This document shows, piece by piece, positions 6,845 through 14,641 of a stretch of 31,179 bases of DNA. Under the pieces are notes generated by a model, which had not been told where the DNA came from, made no database searches, and worked only from the letters and a program-made list of their open reading frames with translations. The position numbers and the translations under genes were made by a program. This stretch comes from a virus (taxonomy: Duplodnaviria; Caudoviricetes), in the IMG/VR virus record IMGVR_UViG_3300024179_000011, positions 1 through 31,179 of that record; one strand, written 5' to 3'. Positions within the stretch are counted from its first letter, which is position 1; each line of letters starts with the position of its first letter.

Positions 6845-7342
6845 ATGCCAAAAGGTCGACCGATCACAGTGAACTTGAAAGCGATGTCGTTTGAGGAGCG
6901 CGTTGCGTACAGGCGCGAGGCAAGCCGACGTCACAGGCTGAAGCACAAAAAGCGACCGACTGCGTTTGACGTTGGACCTGATCGAAAATGCATTTCGTGT
7001 CAGGCAGTGAAGCCACGAACAGAAGAGTCCTTCGAGATTAACCACGGCGCGTTTCGTGCCGAATGCAAGGAGTGCAAGTTCAGGAAGCAGAAAGCCAGGC
7101 GCATCAAAGCCGAATATGGGGGGACGATCGAAGAGTACGAGGCAACCATGCGTGACGCCTCTTGCGCGATATGCGGTTCGAACAAGAAGCTGGTGCTCGA
7201 CCACTGCCACAACAAAGGGCATGTGCGGGGCGTACTGTGCAGTCATTGCAACTCGATGCTTGGTTTTGCGCGTGACGATGAAAACAATCTGCGAGCAGCA
7301 ATCGACTACCTGGAGCGTACAAGAAACGGCTTTGCAACTTAA
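6845..7342 (+). CDS. Endonuclease VII-family (His-Me finger) nuclease
   Basis: CAICG...LVLDHCHNKGHVRGVLCSHCNSMLG matches the T4 endonuclease VII-type motif; additional N-terminal CxxC...CxxC. Confidence 0.9.
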   Translation: MPKGRPITVNLKAMSFEERVAYRREASRRHRLKHKKRPTAFDVGPDRKCISCQAVKPRTEESFEINHGAFRAECKECKFRKQKARRIKAEYGGTIEEYEATMRDASCAICGSNKKLVLDHCHNKGHVRGVLCSHCNSMLGFARDDENNLRAAIDYLERTRNGFAT

Positions 7343-7345
7343 CGC

Positions 7346-7374
7346 TTGCAACTCTCCCAATTCGCGCGCATGCT
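7346..7374 (+). promoter_or_regulatory. Sigma70-like promoter
   Basis: TTGCAA-N17-CATGCT upstream of ORF 7409. Confidence 0.5.
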
Positions 7375-7408
7375 CCAACTATCGCAACTACGCGAAAAGG
7401 GAAAACAC

Positions 7409-7600
7409 ATGGCACGCAATCCGTCTCCGAAAGTCTTTGGTGGCCCGATCGATGGATCGGATCAGCCCGCGCCGATTTACTATTTCGATGCGGCCAATCG
7501 CCCCTACATCCTGGCGACCGCTGTGGGCGAGATGGTCGAGCGCCTCGCGCACCTCCGCAATCCGCCGTCCTTGACAGCGAAGCCCATGCGTGCATCCTGA
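7409..7600 (+). CDS. Hypothetical protein, 63 aa
   Basis: MARNPSPKVFGGPIDG...; AAAGGGAAA upstream; GGPxDG motif is common in small phage proteins. Confidence 0.65.
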   Translation: MARNPSPKVFGGPIDGSDQPAPIYYFDAANRPYILATAVGEMVERLAHLRNPPSLTAKPMRAS

Positions 7601-7632
7601 CAGCTCTGCGGGATTTCCTCCCAACAAACTCA

Positions 7633-7664
7633 TCCGTGGTGCTGATCAGCACCACGGACTTTTT
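7633..7664 (+). terminator. Rho-independent terminator
   Basis: Perfect 26-nt palindrome TCCGTGGTGCTGATCAGCACCACGGA followed by CTTTTT. Confidence 0.75.
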
Positions 7665-7674
7665 AGAGACCTCC

Positions 7675-7935
7675 ATGGCTGATGGATCAAAGGTTGTTTC
7701 CCTGAAAGGCGATCCGATAGTCGCCAAGGGAACACCGCGCCCGGAAGTCATAGAAACCTTGGAGGGCATGCTGGATCTGGCCCACGCCGGCGAACTGGAT
7801 GGTTTCGCGGCGGCGCTTTTGTTCAAGGACGATTGCACGAGTTACCGGATCAGCGGGCGTCTTAGCCGTGGTTTGATCGGTGTCCTGGAGATGGCGAAGT
7901 TCCAGATGCTCTACGACGACATGAAGGAAAGCTGA
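7675..7935 (+). CDS. Hypothetical protein, 86 aa
   Basis: MADGSKVVSL...LEGMLDLAHAGELDGFA...GLIGVLEMAK. Confidence 0.75.
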   Translation: MADGSKVVSLKGDPIVAKGTPRPEVIETLEGMLDLAHAGELDGFAAALLFKDDCTSYRISGRLSRGLIGVLEMAKFQMLYDDMKES

Positions 7936-7937
7936 CC

Positions 7938-8093
7938 ATGGCCAAGCACCCCGGTTTCAAGGCGGTTCAGGGCAAGATCGCGAAGGAGGGCTACGGCAAG
8001 AAGGCGGCAGGAGCCATTCTGGCCAGCGCCACGAGGAACGCATCCGCGAAGGCCAGGAAGAAAAACCCGAACCTGAAGAAGGTCAAGGGCTGA
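7938..8093 (+). CDS. Small, highly basic Lys/Ala-rich protein, 51 aa
   Basis: Missing from the ORF track: MAKHPGFKAVQGKIAKEGYGKKAAGAILASATRNASAKARKKNPNLKKVKG; AAGGA RBS, strong GC3 codon bias. Confidence 0.8.
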   Translation: MAKHPGFKAVQGKIAKEGYGKKAAGAILASATRNASAKARKKNPNLKKVKG

Positions 8094-8209
8094 GTTCCCT
8101 TTAGGCGCCACCCGGAAGACTGGCTGAGGACAGCCCTCGGATGGCGCCCGCCGCCGTCGAAAGGGAATAACTCCGGCGACCGCCGGGCGAACCCGGCCAA
8201 GGAACAAAC

Positions 8210-8238
8210 TTGCACGACCGTGGTTGGCATGCAATAGT
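8210..8238 (+). promoter_or_regulatory. Sigma70-like promoter upstream of the packaging genes
   Basis: TTGCAC-N17-AATAGT. Confidence 0.45.
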
Positions 8239-8269
8239 CGACCAGACCCCCGTACCCGAGGATCAGACC

Positions 8270-8563
8270 ATGTTCGCCATCGCCTCTCCCCAGACTGTCA
8301 CCCTGGCTGGTCCGAAGGACACCCCGCCGATCTCCGTGGTGTTCCACACCGATGGTGACGAGGTATCGCGCTGCGTCATGGATGTCATGCTGCCGAACGG
8401 CGACGTGCACACGGCGGTGTTCAACACCCGTGGCCAGATGGTCGCCCAGAGCCTTGCGCTGGCCGAGGATGCCGAAGCGAAGGCTGCCGAGGGGGATGAC
8501 ACCGACCCGAACGAGAAGCCCGTGGATGGCTCCATGAAGGCCGTGGACGCCCCGGTCGTCTGA
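8270..8563 (+). CDS. Hypothetical protein, 97 aa
   Basis: GAGGA RBS, ATG 8270, TGATG coupling to the next gene. Confidence 0.75.
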   Translation: MFAIASPQTVTLAGPKDTPPISVVFHTDGDEVSRCVMDVMLPNGDVHTAVFNTRGQMVAQSLALAEDAEAKAAEGDDTDPNEKPVDGSMKAVDAPVV

Positions 8564-8760
8564 TGCCCCCGCTGGACAGCTCCAACCTTGTGTCCTACGA
8601 CTACGGCGCGGACAGCCGCGTGCTGACGATCACGTTCGTCTCGGGGCGGACCTATCGGTTCAAGGATGTTCCGCAGGACGTGGCTGACGTGCTGGGCAGC
8701 GCCGACAGTCCCGGTCGCTACTTCAATTCGTCGATCAAGAACGTCTACGCGGAGACCTGA
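8563..8760 (+). CDS. KTSC domain protein
   Basis: DSSNLVSYDY...LTITFVSGRTYRFKDVP...ADSPGRYFNSSIK matches the KTSC consensus. Confidence 0.9.
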   Translation: MPPLDSSNLVSYDYGADSRVLTITFVSGRTYRFKDVPQDVADVLGSADSPGRYFNSSIKNVYAET

Positions 8761-8766
8761 AGCGCC

Positions 8767-9021
8767 ATGGCCTTGAACGTGGTTCCGCTCCGGGAAACGC
8801 CTCCGCTCACCGACATTGTGGCGCAGATCAGGGCGTTCGCGGACAGGGTGGAAGCGGGGGAGTGCGGCGAAGTCGGCACGGTGTTCGCCATGGTGCCACG
8901 CGAAGGGGATTACCCGGAGTTCTGGGCATGGGGCGACATGATGGGGAGGAATGACCCCGTGGTGCAACTGGAATTGGCGAAGCTGTGGCTGCTGAACAGT
9001 CTGATCCCCGCGAGATCCTGA
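8767..9021 (+). CDS. Hypothetical protein, 84 aa
   Basis: In ORF track; GGAG RBS; weak resemblance to 7675-7935. Confidence 0.7.
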   Translation: MALNVVPLRETPPLTDIVAQIRAFADRVEAGECGEVGTVFAMVPREGDYPEFWAWGDMMGRNDPVVQLELAKLWLLNSLIPARS

Positions 9022-10964
9022 TCGAGCGCCTCGCGCGCAGCCCACGGCTGGCGCACGCCACGTTCTTCAAGCACCGTCACCCTGATACGACGCCCGCGTT
9101 CCACTACGAGCTGATCGATCTCTGGCATGGCCTAGACCCACGCGTGGTCGTGGAAGCCTTCCGCGGCGCCGCCAAGTCGACGCTGGCCGAGGAGGCGATT
9201 ATCATCGCCGCGTGCCTGCGGAAGTTCAGGAATGGCCTGATTCTGGGAGAGACCTTTGACCGATCCGTCGAGCGCCTCAAGTCGATCAAGCACGAGTTCG
9301 AGGAGAACCCGTTCATTGCGGAGCTATTCGGAGATCTTGTCGGCGACACCTGGACCGAGAGCCGTATCGTTCTCCGGAACGGTGTGTGCATTCAAGCGGT
9401 GGGTAGAGGACAATCCCTCCGAGGCGTTAAGCATCTGGATGCAAGGCCGGACATGGCGTTCGGGGATGACATCGAGAACGAAGAGTCCGTCCTGACGCCG
9501 GATGCCCGCGCCAAGACCATGCGGTGGCTGATGAGCGTGGTGTTCCCCGCGCTCGATCCCGACTACAAGGTTCGGATCAATGGGACGCCGCTCGATCCGG
9601 AGAGCATGATCGTGCAGATCAGCCGCGATCCCGGCTGGGTGCACCGGCGCTACCCGATCCGCCACATTGACCCGGTCACCGACGAGATGGTGGCGACGTG
9701 GCCGGATCGGTTCCCGCTGGAGATGATCGAGGAGATCGAGGGACGCTATCAGCGGCTGGGGCTCACCACCAACTTCAAGCAGGAGTACGAATGCGTGGCC
9801 GAAGATCCAGCCGTCAAGGCATTCACATCAGACATGATCAAGGTCGAGCCGACGGTGAGGACGTGGCAGGCGACCTACTCGATGTACGATCCGGCGAGGA
9901 CGATCAAGGCAACATCGGCGACAACCGGAGTCGTCCACTTTTCGTGGATCAACAATCGTTTGACCGTCTGGGATGCCTACGGGCCGAAATGGAAGCCCGA
10001 CGAGATCATAGCCGACATGTTTCGGGCCGACGAGTTGTATGGACCCGTTACTATTGGCGTCGAGCGGGACGGGTTGGAAGAGTTTATTTTGCAGCCGCTG
10101 CGCCAGGAGCAGGTTCGCCGCGGCTACGCGATCCCGATCCGCCCTATGAAGGCCCCGAAGGGGAAGCTTGACTTCATTCGCTCGCTGCAGCCGTTCTTCA
10201 AGGCCGGTGAGGTGATCTTCGTCAAGGACCTTCCCGAGCTCAAGGCGCAGCTGCTGGGCTTCCCCACCGGTTTGATCGACATTCCCAACGCTCTCGCCTA
10301 CGCCATGGTGCTGCGGCCGGGGCAGCCGATCTACGAGAACTTCTCCTACCAGAACGTGGTTGAGGAGATCTTCAAGCTGCCACGGCAGCCGATGTACCTT
10401 GCCGTCAATGCGACGCAGATGTACACCACGGCGGTCCTAGTGCAGCACAACGACGGAGTGTTCAATGTCCTCGCAGACTGGGTTAGAGAGGGTGATCCTG
10501 GTGCAGTGCTCTCAGGCATTCTGGCCGATGCTGGGATGGAGGCCGGAGTACGGCCGCGCCTATACAGCCCACCTGAGCACTTCGGGAACTACGACACTGT
10601 GGGGCTCCGCGGGGCGGCTCGGAAAGTTCCTGTTGACCTTGGACAAGGGGGACTTGCCCTCGACGGTCGTGATGAAATCCGGGCACTCCTTCGACGGCAG
10701 GTTCGTCAAGGCCCAGCGCTCAGAGTGTCCCAAAGAGCCCGATGGACCCTGAACGGGTTCTCCGGCGGTTATTGCAAAGAGGTCCTCAAGAACGGGCAGT
10801 TGTCCGAATTTGCCACCGAGGGACCCTACAAGACTCTTTTTGAGGGCCTCGAATCGTTTGCTTCGCTGCTGAAGATGGGCCATATTGGGGAAGACCAGCC
10901 CATAAATTGGCAGACCACATCCGATGGCCGACGATACATCTCAAGCCGAGTCGTCGCGCGATGA
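8985..10964 (+). CDS. terL: Terminase large subunit
   Basis: Walker A-like AFRGAAKST, GQSLRG, Walker B FGDDIENE, motif C INGTP, FKQEY, nuclease YDPA...VE...DIPNALAY; directly upstream of the portal. Confidence 0.93.
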   Translation: MAAEQSDPREILIERLARSPRLAHATFFKHRHPDTTPAFHYELIDLWHGLDPRVVVEAFRGAAKSTLAEEAIIIAACLRKFRNGLILGETFDRSVERLKSIKHEFEENPFIAELFGDLVGDTWTESRIVLRNGVCIQAVGRGQSLRGVKHLDARPDMAFGDDIENEESVLTPDARAKTMRWLMSVVFPALDPDYKVRINGTPLDPESMIVQISRDPGWVHRRYPIRHIDPVTDEMVATWPDRFPLEMIEEIEGRYQRLGLTTNFKQEYECVAEDPAVKAFTSDMIKVEPTVRTWQATYSMYDPARTIKATSATTGVVHFSWINNRLTVWDAYGPKWKPDEIIADMFRADELYGPVTIGVERDGLEEFILQPLRQEQVRRGYAIPIRPMKAPKGKLDFIRSLQPFFKAGEVIFVKDLPELKAQLLGFPTGLIDIPNALAYAMVLRPGQPIYENFSYQNVVEEIFKLPRQPMYLAVNATQMYTTAVLVQHNDGVFNVLADWVREGDPGAVLSGILADAGMEAGVRPRLYSPPEHFGNYDTVGLRGAARKVPVDLGQGGLALDGRDEIRALLRRQVRQGPALRVSQRARWTLNGFSGGYCKEVLKNGQLSEFATEGPYKTLFEGLESFASLLKMGHIGEDQPINWQTTSDGRRYISSRVVAR

Positions 10965-13125
10965 CGACGATCAGGACGAGACCGGGACGCCGGAGACCGA
11001 TGAGCGCGCCAAGGACATCAGCCGCCGCGCCGGCGTGCGCAAGCAGCTGGTCGACCTGTTCGCCGAGGTAGAGCAGGGGTTCTCCGATCAGGCCGGCCGC
11101 GCCGACGAGCTGGAGGACTACTGGGACATCTACAACACAAAATTGAATGGCCGGCAGTTTTATGACGGCAATTCAAAGATCTACGTCCCGATCGTCCACA
11201 ATGCGGTGAACGCCAGGAAGACCCGGTTCGTCAACCAGATGTTCCCGACCAATGGGCGGAACGTCGAAGTGATCAGCCAAGACGGCGAGCTGCCCTACGC
11301 CGAGATGTCCCTGCTGGAGCACTACATCGGCAAGGGCCAGCTGCGCACCAAGGTGATGCCGGCGCTGATGGTCAACGGCGACGTCGAGGGCCAGTACTCG
11401 CTCTACGTCAGCTGGGAGAAGCGCACGCGGAACGTGACGTGGCGGACCACCGAAGCCCCCGAGCTGGACGGAAAGCCCAACCCCGCCGCGGAGCCCGTCG
11501 AGACCATCAAGCACAAGACCATCACCGACCAGATGCCGCAGGTCGAGGTGCTCAAGGACTCCGACGTCCTGGTGCTGCCGACCACCGCCGACAGCATCCC
11601 CGAGGCCATCGCCGCCGGCGGCTCCGTGACCATCATCCGCCGCTGGACGAAGGCCAAGGTGCGCCAGATGATCCGCGAGGGCGTCGTGCGCAAGGATGTT
11701 GGCGAGGCGCTGATCGGCCAGATGTCCGCTGAGAAGCCGGCCGGGGTCAAAAACGATGTTCATCTGGAGGCCGCGGGGATCAAGCGCGACGGCGGCCTGG
11801 TGTTCGCGCTGGTCTACCAGACCTGGTCGATCCTCAAGATCAAGATCAGAAAAGACGATGAGGAGGGTGATCGCATCCTGTGCGAGGCGTTCTTCGGTGG
11901 CGAGAACCAATATCTCGGCGCGCGGCGCAACCCCCTGTGGTCCGACAAGGTCCCCGTCCTGTCGGTGCCGGTGGAGAAGATCTCGGGCTCGTTCAAGGGC
12001 GTCAGCAAGATCAAGCCGGTGGCGGATATCCAGTATTTTGCCAACGACAGCATCAACGAGGCGGCCGACAGCGCGGCCTATGCCCTGCTCCCGATCGTGA
12101 TGACCGACCCGGCCAAGAACCCGCGGATCGGGTCCATGGTGCTGTCGCTGGCCGCGGTGTGGGAGACAAGCCCGCAGGATACCCAGTTCGCTGAGTTCCC
12201 GCAGCTCTGGGAGAACGGGTTCAAGATGGTGGCCGCTGCCAAGGCTGAGGTGGCACAGACGTTGAGCGTCTCGCCCGCGGCGATCACGCAGGGCGGCGGG
12301 GCGACATCCAAGCCGTCGCAGGCCGAGGTGGCGCAGGAACAGCAGATCGACATCCTGACTACCGCCGACGCGGTGACGATCGTCGAGGAGGGCATCCTGA
12401 CGCCGCTGCTGGAGCTGTTCGTCGAGATGGATCATCAGTACCGCGACGATCCGATCCTGGTGAAACAGTTCGGTAAGATGGGCGTCGAGGCCAAGATGGA
12501 AGAGGTCCCGCCAATCCAGTTCGATACCAAGTTCCAGTACCGCTGGTTCGGCGTCGAGCAGGCCCGCAGCGCCCAGCAGATCCAGCAGCAGATCGCGGGC
12601 ATGAACGTGATTCGCGGCATCCCGCCGCAGCAGCTCAATGGCTACAAGGTCAATCTCGTGCCGGTGGTGACCCAGCTGGTCGAGAACACCTTCGGGCCGC
12701 GGCTGGCGCCGCTGATCTTCCTTTCGCCCGAGCAGCAGATGCCGGTGCCCGCCGAGCAGGAGAACGCGCTGCTGATCTCGGGCTTCGAGGTGCCGACCCA
12801 CGAGATGGATGATGACGCCGCGCACATCCAGGCTCACGCCCAGATCCTGAAGGACAGCGAGGGCAAGAACGCGCCGAACGCCCGCAAGACCCAGGCGCAC
12901 ATCTGGGCCCACATGCAGCAGATGCAGCAGAAGCAACAGGCCGCCGTCGCGCCGCAGGGCGAGCCGGGTATTCCTGGCGGCCAGATCGGGCAGCAGCCGC
13001 AGTCGGGCGTCGCCGGCACCCCACGCATGGGCGCGCAGCCAGCGCAGGCCACCGGTGGCCAGGGACCGCCGGGAATGATCCACCACGATCAGCTGAAGGA
13101 CCCAGCCGTTGCCCCACGTCTATAG
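10924..13125 (+). CDS. Portal protein (podovirus type)
   Basis: 733 aa directly after TerL; acidic N-terminus, helical body, DDDAAHIQAH motif and Q/P/G-rich tail typical of large podoviral portals. Confidence 0.85.
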   Translation: MADDTSQAESSRDDDDQDETGTPETDERAKDISRRAGVRKQLVDLFAEVEQGFSDQAGRADELEDYWDIYNTKLNGRQFYDGNSKIYVPIVHNAVNARKTRFVNQMFPTNGRNVEVISQDGELPYAEMSLLEHYIGKGQLRTKVMPALMVNGDVEGQYSLYVSWEKRTRNVTWRTTEAPELDGKPNPAAEPVETIKHKTITDQMPQVEVLKDSDVLVLPTTADSIPEAIAAGGSVTIIRRWTKAKVRQMIREGVVRKDVGEALIGQMSAEKPAGVKNDVHLEAAGIKRDGGLVFALVYQTWSILKIKIRKDDEEGDRILCEAFFGGENQYLGARRNPLWSDKVPVLSVPVEKISGSFKGVSKIKPVADIQYFANDSINEAADSAAYALLPIVMTDPAKNPRIGSMVLSLAAVWETSPQDTQFAEFPQLWENGFKMVAAAKAEVAQTLSVSPAAITQGGGATSKPSQAEVAQEQQIDILTTADAVTIVEEGILTPLLELFVEMDHQYRDDPILVKQFGKMGVEAKMEEVPPIQFDTKFQYRWFGVEQARSAQQIQQQIAGMNVIRGIPPQQLNGYKVNLVPVVTQLVENTFGPRLAPLIFLSPEQQMPVPAEQENALLISGFEVPTHEMDDDAAHIQAHAQILKDSEGKNAPNARKTQAHIWAHMQQMQQKQQAAVAPQGEPGIPGGQIGQQPQSGVAGTPRMGAQPAQATGGQGPPGMIHHDQLKDPAVAPRL

Positions 13126-14155
13126 CATCGCCGCCTTCGTGGTCACCGTGGCCTACGTGCCGTGGTTCGCCGACGCCGCCAACGCGCCGCGCTGGATGCT
13201 GCTGAGCCTGTTGCTGCCATGGGCGTGGAACCTGCGGCTGCTGAGCGGATCGCACATCGCAGGTATCATGTTCCTGCTGTTCGCTGCGCTGTCGCTGCTG
13301 TGGACCCCGGTGCCGATCGAGGGCGTCCAGCCGCTGTGGCAGTTCATCTTGCTCGGCGTGGTGTTCTGCATCGGGTTCGAGATGGAGAGCCTGGAGCCGA
13401 TCTTCGTCGGCGCGGCGTGGGGGATCGGCGTGTCGAGCGCGGTGGCGCTGTTCCAGGCCGAGCCGACCGGCCTGTTCCTGAACAAGAACTTCATGGCCGA
13501 GGCTGCGGTGCTGGTCGCCGTCGGGGTGATCATCTACCGGCGCTGGGAGCTGCTGGTACTGTTCCTGCCGGCGATGTTCATGCCGCTGTCGCGCGGCGCG
13601 CTGCTGGCGTTCGGGATCACGATGGTCCTCTATTGGCGGTCGACCTGGATCGCGGTGCTGGGGGCGGTTGCGTTCGCGCTGCTCCTGCTCGCCCAGCCGC
13701 ACGGCTCCAGTCTCGGGGAGCGCTGGGTGATCTGGACCTTCACGCTGGAGCACCTGACGTGGTTCGGGCACGGCATAGGATCGTTCTACATCGATTTCCC
13801 GTCGTTCCGGGAAGGCGGCTTCGCCCTGCGGTTCGACCATGCCCACAATGATCTGCTGGAGCTGGTTTACGAATTTGGCCTGGGGACGGTTCCATTGCTG
13901 CTGGTGTGGCTGGTCGCGATGTGCCAATATTCGCAAGTCAGGCTGGTTCTGGTCGCCTTCGCGGTGGAGGGATGTTTTGGATTTCCCTTATTCCTTCCGG
14001 TCACCGGAGCTCTGGCTGCTCTGGCTGCGGGCCATCTTTGCGGGGCTCGGCATCGTGTACACGGTGTTGTGTCTGTTCGGGAACGTGCACTACGCGATGG
14101 GGCGCGACAGTTCGGACTTCGACGACGCGAGATACCATCTGCAGCGGGCGGCTGA
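13109..14155 (+). CDS. O-antigen ligase/polymerase/O-oligosaccharyltransferase (Wzy_C) family membrane protein
   Basis: About 10 hydrophobic segments; GLFLNKNFMA, SRGALLA, ERWVIW, WFGHGIGSF and HAHNDLLELVYEFG are hallmark Wzy_C motifs; TTG start overlaps the portal end. Confidence 0.88.
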   Translation: MPHVYSIAAFVVTVAYVPWFADAANAPRWMLLSLLLPWAWNLRLLSGSHIAGIMFLLFAALSLLWTPVPIEGVQPLWQFILLGVVFCIGFEMESLEPIFVGAAWGIGVSSAVALFQAEPTGLFLNKNFMAEAAVLVAVGVIIYRRWELLVLFLPAMFMPLSRGALLAFGITMVLYWRSTWIAVLGAVAFALLLLAQPHGSSLGERWVIWTFTLEHLTWFGHGIGSFYIDFPSFREGGFALRFDHAHNDLLELVYEFGLGTVPLLLVWLVAMCQYSQVRLVLVAFAVEGCFGFPLFLPVTGALAALAAGHLCGARHRVHGVVSVRERALRDGARQFGLRRREIPSAAGG

Positions 14156-14300
14156 CGTGTTTCCGCTCAACCACGGGTTCAGGCTCGGCGTCGTCTATTA
14201 TTACATGTTCCTGAAGCGAAGCGCGGGGACCGAGATCGAGCAGGCGCTGAAGACCGATCCCCATGCGTGGGATCTCAAACGGTACGCGAGGGTGAAATGA
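13977..14300 (+). CDS. TM plus TPR-like helical protein overlapping the ligase C-terminus in the +1 frame
   Basis: GGAGG-N6-TTG at 13977; LWLRAIFAGLGIVYTVLCLFG (TM), ARYHLQRAADVFP and IEQALKTDPH (TPR-like); stop is ATGA-coupled to the next gene. Confidence 0.6.
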   Translation: MDFPYSFRSPELWLLWLRAIFAGLGIVYTVLCLFGNVHYAMGRDSSDFDDARYHLQRAADVFPLNHGFRLGVVYYYMFLKRSAGTEIEQALKTDPHAWDLKRYARVK

Positions 14301-14641
14301 AAACGAAACTCTGGTTCCTGATCGGCCTGATGGCGCTGGTGCTGTGCTCGGGTCCCGCGGGCGCGCAGTACGGCTACGGCAGCCGGCCGCTGACTAGCAA
14401 ACTGAACATCTCGTCCTCGACGGTGCTCAAGACCACGAACGGCGTACTGGTGACCATCAATGTCACCACGGCGGGGAGCGCCGTAGGATCGGTCTACGAC
14501 AGTGCGACGACGGGAGCGGCGGCGACCTTGATCGCGACGATCCCGAACACGGCGGGCACCTACTACATGCAGTTTCCCTTCTTCGTCGGTCTCCTTGTAA
14601 TTCCGGGGACCGGCCAGGTTGTCTCGGCGAGCTATCAATGA
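14297..14641 (+). CDS. Small beta-rich virion-type protein with Sec signal peptide
   Basis: MKTKLWFLIGLMALVLCSGPAGA|Q; Thr/Gly-rich mature region. Confidence 0.8.
   Translation: MKTKLWFLIGLMALVLCSGPAGAQYGYGSRPLTSKLNISSSTVLKTTNGVLVTINVTTAGSAVGSVYDSATTGAAATLIATIPNTAGTYYMQFPFFVGLLVIPGTGQVVSASYQ

Noticed and set aside
8095-8170. Second hammerhead (CTGAGGA ... GAAA)
   Set aside because: Stems I and II cannot form in register with the core; kept only as an unclassified structured element.
11173-13936. Long minus-strand ORFs (637 and 428 aa)
   Set aside because: Antisense shadows of the portal and ligase caused by GC3 bias; no motifs.
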